A stretch of 64,000 nucleotides of DNA, from positions 192,001-256,000 of the forward strand of contig CAWCTR010000021.1 of assembly GCA_963798485.1 (NCBI GenBank). The letters run 5' to 3'. Origin of the DNA: an uncultured delta proteobacterium. Lineage in GTDB: Bacteria; Desulfobacterota; Desulfomonilia; UBA1062. The translations under genes were made by a program, and so were the position numbers. Below, in pieces: positions 59,484 to 64,000 of the stretch. Each line of letters starts with the position of its first letter. Position 1 is the first letter of the stretch. The notes below the pieces were generated by a model. That model saw only the letters and a list, made by a program, of their open reading frames with translations, was not told the origin of the DNA and searched no databases.

Positions 59484-62233
59484 ATGCCTGCATGAACGGC
59501 CATGTTACCATCGCACATATTGAAGGGGTGAAGCATCGCTACGGCAAAAAGCTCGCCCTTGATTCAATCGATCTCGATATCCCTGCCGGTTGCCAGGTGG
59601 GCTTCATCGGCCCGGATGGGGTGGGGAAATCAACCCTGCTCGGCCTCATAGCAGGCCAGAAAAAGATACAGACGGGCGCGGTCCATGTCCTGAACGGAGA
59701 TATGCGATCGGGTATCCACCGCCATGATGTCTGTTCCGAAATAGCCTACATCCCGCAAGGCCTTGGCCAGAACCTCTATGCAACCCTTTCGGTATATGAG
59801 AATGTGGATTTTTTCGGAAGCCTCTTCGGGTTCACACGCGCGGAGAGAAAGGAGCGCATTGAGCGGCTGCTTACCGCCACCAACCTTGCACCCTTTGCCA
59901 ATAGGCCTGCAGGTCAGCTTTCAGGAGGCATGAAACAAAAACTGGGGCTATGCTGCGCCCTGATCCACAACCCTGATGTGCTCATCATGGACGAGCCCAC
60001 TACAGGCGTCGACCCCCTGTCCCGGCGCCAGTTCTGGGAACTCGTCAAGGATATGAGCAGACACCATGCGGGTATGAGCATCCTCATCGCAACGGCATAT
60101 ATGGAGGAGGCAGAGCACCTCGACTGGCTGGTTATGATGGAGGGCGGCCGGGTCCTTGCCTCAGGTACGCCCGAAGAGCTTAAGAAGAGGACCGGGAAAT
60201 CGACCATAGAGGATGCATACATCGCCATGCTGCCTGAGGAGATGCGCTACGGGCACCATAGCTTCACGACCCCTGCCAGGATAATCTCGGATGACGGCTC
60301 GGCAATCGAGGCCAACCACCTCACCAAACGTTTTGGCGACTTCACCGCAGTGGAAGATGTCTCATTCACCATACCCAAGGGAGAGATCTTCGGTTTTGTC
60401 GGATCGAACGGCTGTGGTAAGACCACGACCATGAAGATGCTCACCGGGCTCCTTCATCCGACTCATGGAGAAGCCTATATCTTCGGCAGCTCCGTAGAAA
60501 CCGGGAGCATCGAACTCAAGAAGCGCATCGGATACATGTCGCAGTCTTTCTCGCTTTATGGAGAGCTGACTGTGCGGCAGAACCTGGATATGCATGCCCA
60601 CCTCTTTGACCTGCCGCCTGCCGGTGTCCCCGCCAGAGTAAGAGAAATGGCCGATCAGTTCGGACTGAACGATGTCATGGATGATCAGACCGAACGGCTG
60701 CCGCTGGGCATACGCCAGCGCCTCTCTCTGGCAGTGGCCGCTATCCATGAACCCGAGATACTTATCCTTGACGAGCCGACATCAGGTGTTGATCCGGTAG
60801 CCAGGGACCACTTCTGGGAACTCCTCATAAAACTCTCCAGGGAACGTGGCGTGACGATCTTTGTGACTACCCACTATATGAATGAGGCCTACCGATGTGA
60901 CAGGGTCGCACTCATGAGCATGGGACGGGTCCTTGCCTGCGAATCACCCAATGAGCTTGTCCGCATGCGCGGCTGTTCAAGCCTCGAAGAGGCCTTCATA
61001 GCTTACATGAAGGATGATATCGCCAGAAACACCACCATCGAAGAGGATGATGAAACACAGAGCATGCCTTTCATGCTCGCCCCTGAACGTGTCCGCACGC
61101 ACGGCCGCCTCTTCGATATCCAACGGCTGGCCGCCTTGGCCCGGAGGGAAACCATCGAACTGTTCCGCGACCCTGTCAGGCTCATAACCTCATTCATTGT
61201 CTCTCCATTCCTCCTCATCGTTTTCGGCTTCGGCATATCGACCGATATCGAAAATATCAAATTCAGTAGGCTGGACTATGATCAGAAACTGTGGAGCCGT
61301 GACTATCTGGAGTATTTCTCCGGTTCCCGGTACTTCAGTGAACAACCACCTATACATTCTCCCTCCGAGATCGAAAAGGGGTTTCAGAACGATGACTTCA
61401 AGATGGTCGTGGAGATCCCGCCGGGGTTCGAAAAAGACATTAAGAGGGGCAAGAGTCCTTCCGTAGCGCTCTGGATAGACGGCACCATGCCTTTCAGGGC
61501 TGAGACTACCAAGAACTATGCAGAGGCCGTGCATTTATCTTATCTCATAGACCTTGCCGCTTTATCCCCTGTAACGGTTGGGAATTCATCCGCCAATGTC
61601 CAGCCCCGGTACTGGTACAATCCCTTGGTTAGGAGCCGCTTTGCTATCGTCCCCGGGCTTCTTGCCGTTGTGTTGATGCTTGTTCCTGCAATGCTCACGG
61701 CCATCGGCGTAGTGAGAGAAAAGGAACTGGGTTCCATTTCAAACTTCTATTCAAGCCCCATGACCAGGCTTGAATTTCTCTGGGGCAAGCAGATCCCTTA
61801 TGTTGTGATTACTGCCATAACCTTTGTGATACTTATTGGTGTGATCAGGTTCGTGTTCGATATCCCCTTTAAGGGCAGTCCTTCGGCCCTGGTTACAGGG
61901 GCGATGCTCTATATCATGACGAGCACCGGCATAGGCCTCTTAATCTCCACCTTTACCCGGACCCAGATCGCCTCGCTCGTGGCCGCTTTTGTCATTACCC
62001 TGGTGCCTTCTTTCGATTTCTCAGGCCTTACCACCCCGGCCTCAACCCTTATCGGTGGGGCAAAGTTCATGTCATGGATCTTCCCTGCCCGTTATTTCCT
62101 GAACATCAGTGTCGGCACCTTCACCAAGGGTATCGGTTTTCCGGAGCTTGTGTGGAACTTTGTCTTCCTGGTCATTATCTATACGACCATACAGACTATG
62201 ACGGTCTTCTTACTGAAAAAACAGGATAACTAG
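59480..62233 (+). CDS. rbbA: ribosome-associated ATPase / ABC transporter RbbA
   Basis: Two ABC domains (GPDGVGKS, GSNGCGKT) fused to an ABC-2 membrane domain; yhiI-rbbA-yhhJ order. Confidence 0.9.
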   Translation: MNACMNGHVTIAHIEGVKHRYGKKLALDSIDLDIPAGCQVGFIGPDGVGKSTLLGLIAGQKKIQTGAVHVLNGDMRSGIHRHDVCSEIAYIPQGLGQNLYATLSVYENVDFFGSLFGFTRAERKERIERLLTATNLAPFANRPAGQLSGGMKQKLGLCCALIHNPDVLIMDEPTTGVDPLSRRQFWELVKDMSRHHAGMSILIATAYMEEAEHLDWLVMMEGGRVLASGTPEELKKRTGKSTIEDAYIAMLPEEMRYGHHSFTTPARIISDDGSAIEANHLTKRFGDFTAVEDVSFTIPKGEIFGFVGSNGCGKTTTMKMLTGLLHPTHGEAYIFGSSVETGSIELKKRIGYMSQSFSLYGELTVRQNLDMHAHLFDLPPAGVPARVREMADQFGLNDVMDDQTERLPLGIRQRLSLAVAAIHEPEILILDEPTSGVDPVARDHFWELLIKLSRERGVTIFVTTHYMNEAYRCDRVALMSMGRVLACESPNELVRMRGCSSLEEAFIAYMKDDIARNTTIEEDDETQSMPFMLAPERVRTHGRLFDIQRLAALARRETIELFRDPVRLITSFIVSPFLLIVFGFGISTDIENIKFSRLDYDQKLWSRDYLEYFSGSRYFSEQPPIHSPSEIEKGFQNDDFKMVVEIPPGFEKDIKRGKSPSVALWIDGTMPFRAETTKNYAEAVHLSYLIDLAALSPVTVGNSSANVQPRYWYNPLVRSRFAIVPGLLAVVLMLVPAMLTAIGVVREKELGSISNFYSSPMTRLEFLWGKQIPYVVITAITFVILIGVIRFVFDIPFKGSPSALVTGAMLYIMTSTGIGLLISTFTRTQIASLVAAFVITLVPSFDFSGLTTPASTLIGGAKFMSWIFPARYFLNISVGTFTKGIGFPELVWNFVFLVIIYTTIQTMTVFLLKKQDN

Positions 62234-62234
62234 T

Positions 62235-63353
62235 ATGATCAGAAAACTCTGGCACATCTATCGGCTGGGTTTGAAGGAACTCATCAGTTTCCGTTATGAC
62301 TATGTCCTGGTTGTCCTGGTCATCTATTCCTTCACCGTCATGGTCATTGTCCCGTCGAGGGGTACCGGGCTGCAGGTGCGCAACTCATCTGTCGCCTATG
62401 TCGACGAAGATCAGTCACGCCTTTCCGCCCGGATTATCGATGCTATTCAGCCGCCCTATTTCCAAAAACCCCAGGCGATCACATTTGATAAGATCAACCA
62501 AGTCCTGGACAGGGCGGAGTATATCTTTGTCATTCATATCCCAACGGGTTTTCAGAAGGACATCCTGTCGGGTAAAAAATCCGAGGTCGGAATAGATGTC
62601 GATGCCACGGCCATCGGCCATGCCAAACTTGGTGCTTCCTACCTGAGCAGGATTATCAATGACGAGATAAGCACCTATCTCCTCGGTTCCCGGAAGCCCC
62701 CCGCCTACCCCATTCAGGTGACAACCCGCGTGCTTTATAACCAGAACCGCGAAAGCTCCTGGTTCATGAGTGTTGTGTTCCTTACGCACATGATCACGCT
62801 GCTCTCCATCATCCTGCCTGCCGCAGCCCTCATCAAGGAAAAGGAGCGCGGGACGGTGGAGCACCTGCTCGTCATGCCGCTCGTCCCCTTGGAGATCACC
62901 ATAGCCAAGGTCTGGGCGAACAGTTTTATCGTGGTGGTCGGGGCGATGTTTTCACTCTTCTTTTCCATTAAATGGGTCGTCGGCGCCCCTATCCACGGTT
63001 CGACTCCGCTTTTCTTTCTGGGGACTATTGTCTTTCTCTACGCGACAACCGAACTGGGTGTCTTCCTAGCCACTATTGCCAAGAATCAGCCCCAGGCAGG
63101 TCTTCTGAGCATGCCCATTATCGTGCCCATCTCCATGCTGAGCGGCGGGACAACCCCGCTGGAGTCCATGCCCAGGTTCCTTCAGATCATCATGCAATTC
63201 GCCCCGACCACGCACTATATGGAATTTTGCTCCCGCGTGCTGTTCAGGGATGCCGGAATCGGTGTGGTCTGGCCGCAGCTGGCTGCCATGGCCGCCATCG
63301 GGACTGTCCTGTTCATCGGCGCCATGATGCGCTTCCGCGCCACATTCAGGTAA
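62235..63353 (+). CDS. ABC-2 permease (YhhJ-like)
   Basis: EKERGTVEHLLVMP and LSGGTTPLESMP motifs. Confidence 0.92.
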   Translation: MIRKLWHIYRLGLKELISFRYDYVLVVLVIYSFTVMVIVPSRGTGLQVRNSSVAYVDEDQSRLSARIIDAIQPPYFQKPQAITFDKINQVLDRAEYIFVIHIPTGFQKDILSGKKSEVGIDVDATAIGHAKLGASYLSRIINDEISTYLLGSRKPPAYPIQVTTRVLYNQNRESSWFMSVVFLTHMITLLSIILPAAALIKEKERGTVEHLLVMPLVPLEITIAKVWANSFIVVVGAMFSLFFSIKWVVGAPIHGSTPLFFLGTIVFLYATTELGVFLATIAKNQPQAGLLSMPIIVPISMLSGGTTPLESMPRFLQIIMQFAPTTHYMEFCSRVLFRDAGIGVVWPQLAAMAAIGTVLFIGAMMRFRATFR

Positions 63354-63362
63354 GGACAAGTT

Positions 63363-63415
63363 GTAGTTGTAGGTTGGGTTGAGTTGTAGGTTGGGTTGAG
63401 CCTGCGAAACCCAAC
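63363..63415 (+). repeat. GTAG-type REP with nested partial duplications
   Basis: GTAG GTTGGGTTGAGC ctg CGAAACCCAAC at 63386-63415, preceded by partial copies at 63369 and 63363. Confidence 0.85.
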
Positions 63416-63420
63416 ACTTC

Positions 63421-63957
63421 TTATTCCATCCCGATATCGCCTTCGAATCGAATCTCACAACCTGAGCCCCAATCAGGTTTGTACAAGCCTCTTTGAACAA
63501 ACCGATGAAAGCTTGAATAAGGCCAATTATAAGGGATACTAACCAGGCCATGTTTTACAGGGTTGTAATGGATATATTCAACATGGCGAATAAAATCATC
63601 ACGGATTGAATGCTCCCAGAACCGACGCTGCCAAAGGGTTTGTTCATTCTTTAATGAGCGAGAACTGACTGAATGCTGTTTTGTTGGAGAATCCATAGAG
63701 CGGGTGAAGTATGATTTTAACAGTCTCCAACGGTTGGAATAATCACAATCACCTTCCGGTAAGGTCCATATACAATGTATGTGATCAGGAAGGACTACCG
63801 CTGCTTCGATTTCAAATGGATGGCCTTCCTTGACCTTCATGAAAGCCTTCCGCAGTTTGTCAACAACCTCCCCGGATGCAAGTACCTTCTGTCGGTTGAA
63901 GGTCACAACAGTGAAAAAGAATGTACCACCTCTAATCCGGCTCCTCCGATAGTACAT
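63421..63957 (-). CDS. REP-associated tyrosine transposase (RAYT, Y1 HUH)
   Basis: FFFTVVT, LPDHIH, WQRRFWEH, YIHYNPVKHG and WPYSS motifs; flanked by inverted REPs. Confidence 0.95.
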   Translation of the reverse strand: MYYRRSRIRGGTFFFTVVTFNRQKVLASGEVVDKLRKAFMKVKEGHPFEIEAAVVLPDHIHCIWTLPEGDCDYSNRWRLLKSYFTRSMDSPTKQHSVSSRSLKNEQTLWQRRFWEHSIRDDFIRHVEYIHYNPVKHGLVSIPYNWPYSSFHRFVQRGLYKPDWGSGCEIRFEGDIGME

Positions 63958-63980
63958 AAAGCTGATTATCCTTTTGGATT

Positions 63981-64000
63981 GTTGGGTTTCGCTCTGCTCA
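63981..64000 (-). repeat. inverted REP copy (truncated by window end)
   Basis: GTTGGGTTTCGC tct GCTCA is the reverse complement of the left REP. Confidence 0.8.

Noticed and set aside
63363-63415. CRISPR-like repeats
   Set aside because: No spacers or regular period; explained as REPs beside a RAYT. No CRISPR array or cas gene was seen in the window.

Overview
Chromosomal window from a moderately GC-rich bacterium, probably an anaerobe of the Desulfobacterota/deltaproteobacterial type (inferred from gene content only). Housekeeping blocks are an N-type (alternate) F1F0 ATPase operon, two 2-hydroxyacyl-CoA dehydratase subunits, two ABC-2/HlyD exporter operons, metW-metX, panBC, HU, mazG, MscS and MATE. 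Two accessory features stand out. (1) An AT-rich, co-oriented minus-strand island (34.9-45.6 kb) encodes a radical SAM/SPASM enzyme, a PqqD/RRE protein and a 46-aa peptide missing from the ORF track (44140-44280; YxxPxL leader, C-terminal CRQCSGCHGCR). These are followed by a 1067-aa MBL-fold hydrolase, a prenyltransferase-repeat protein, an asparagine-synthetase-like amidotransferase, a GT4 glycosyltransferase, a frameshifted P-loop protein and an HD-domain protein. This is a candidate undescribed RiPP or RiPP-linked defence system. (2) Two inward-facing integron-like cassette arrays with no IntI (about 0.4-6.5 kb on +, 21.5-26.4 kb on -) each start at a copy of the same ~75-bp structured attI-like site. 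The first cassette of the minus array is a tyrosine-recombinase + IS91-transposase element with its own attC-like hairpin. A RAYT transposase flanked by REPs closes the window. No rRNA, tRNA or CRISPR array was recognised. All calls come from reading the sequence; no searches were run.
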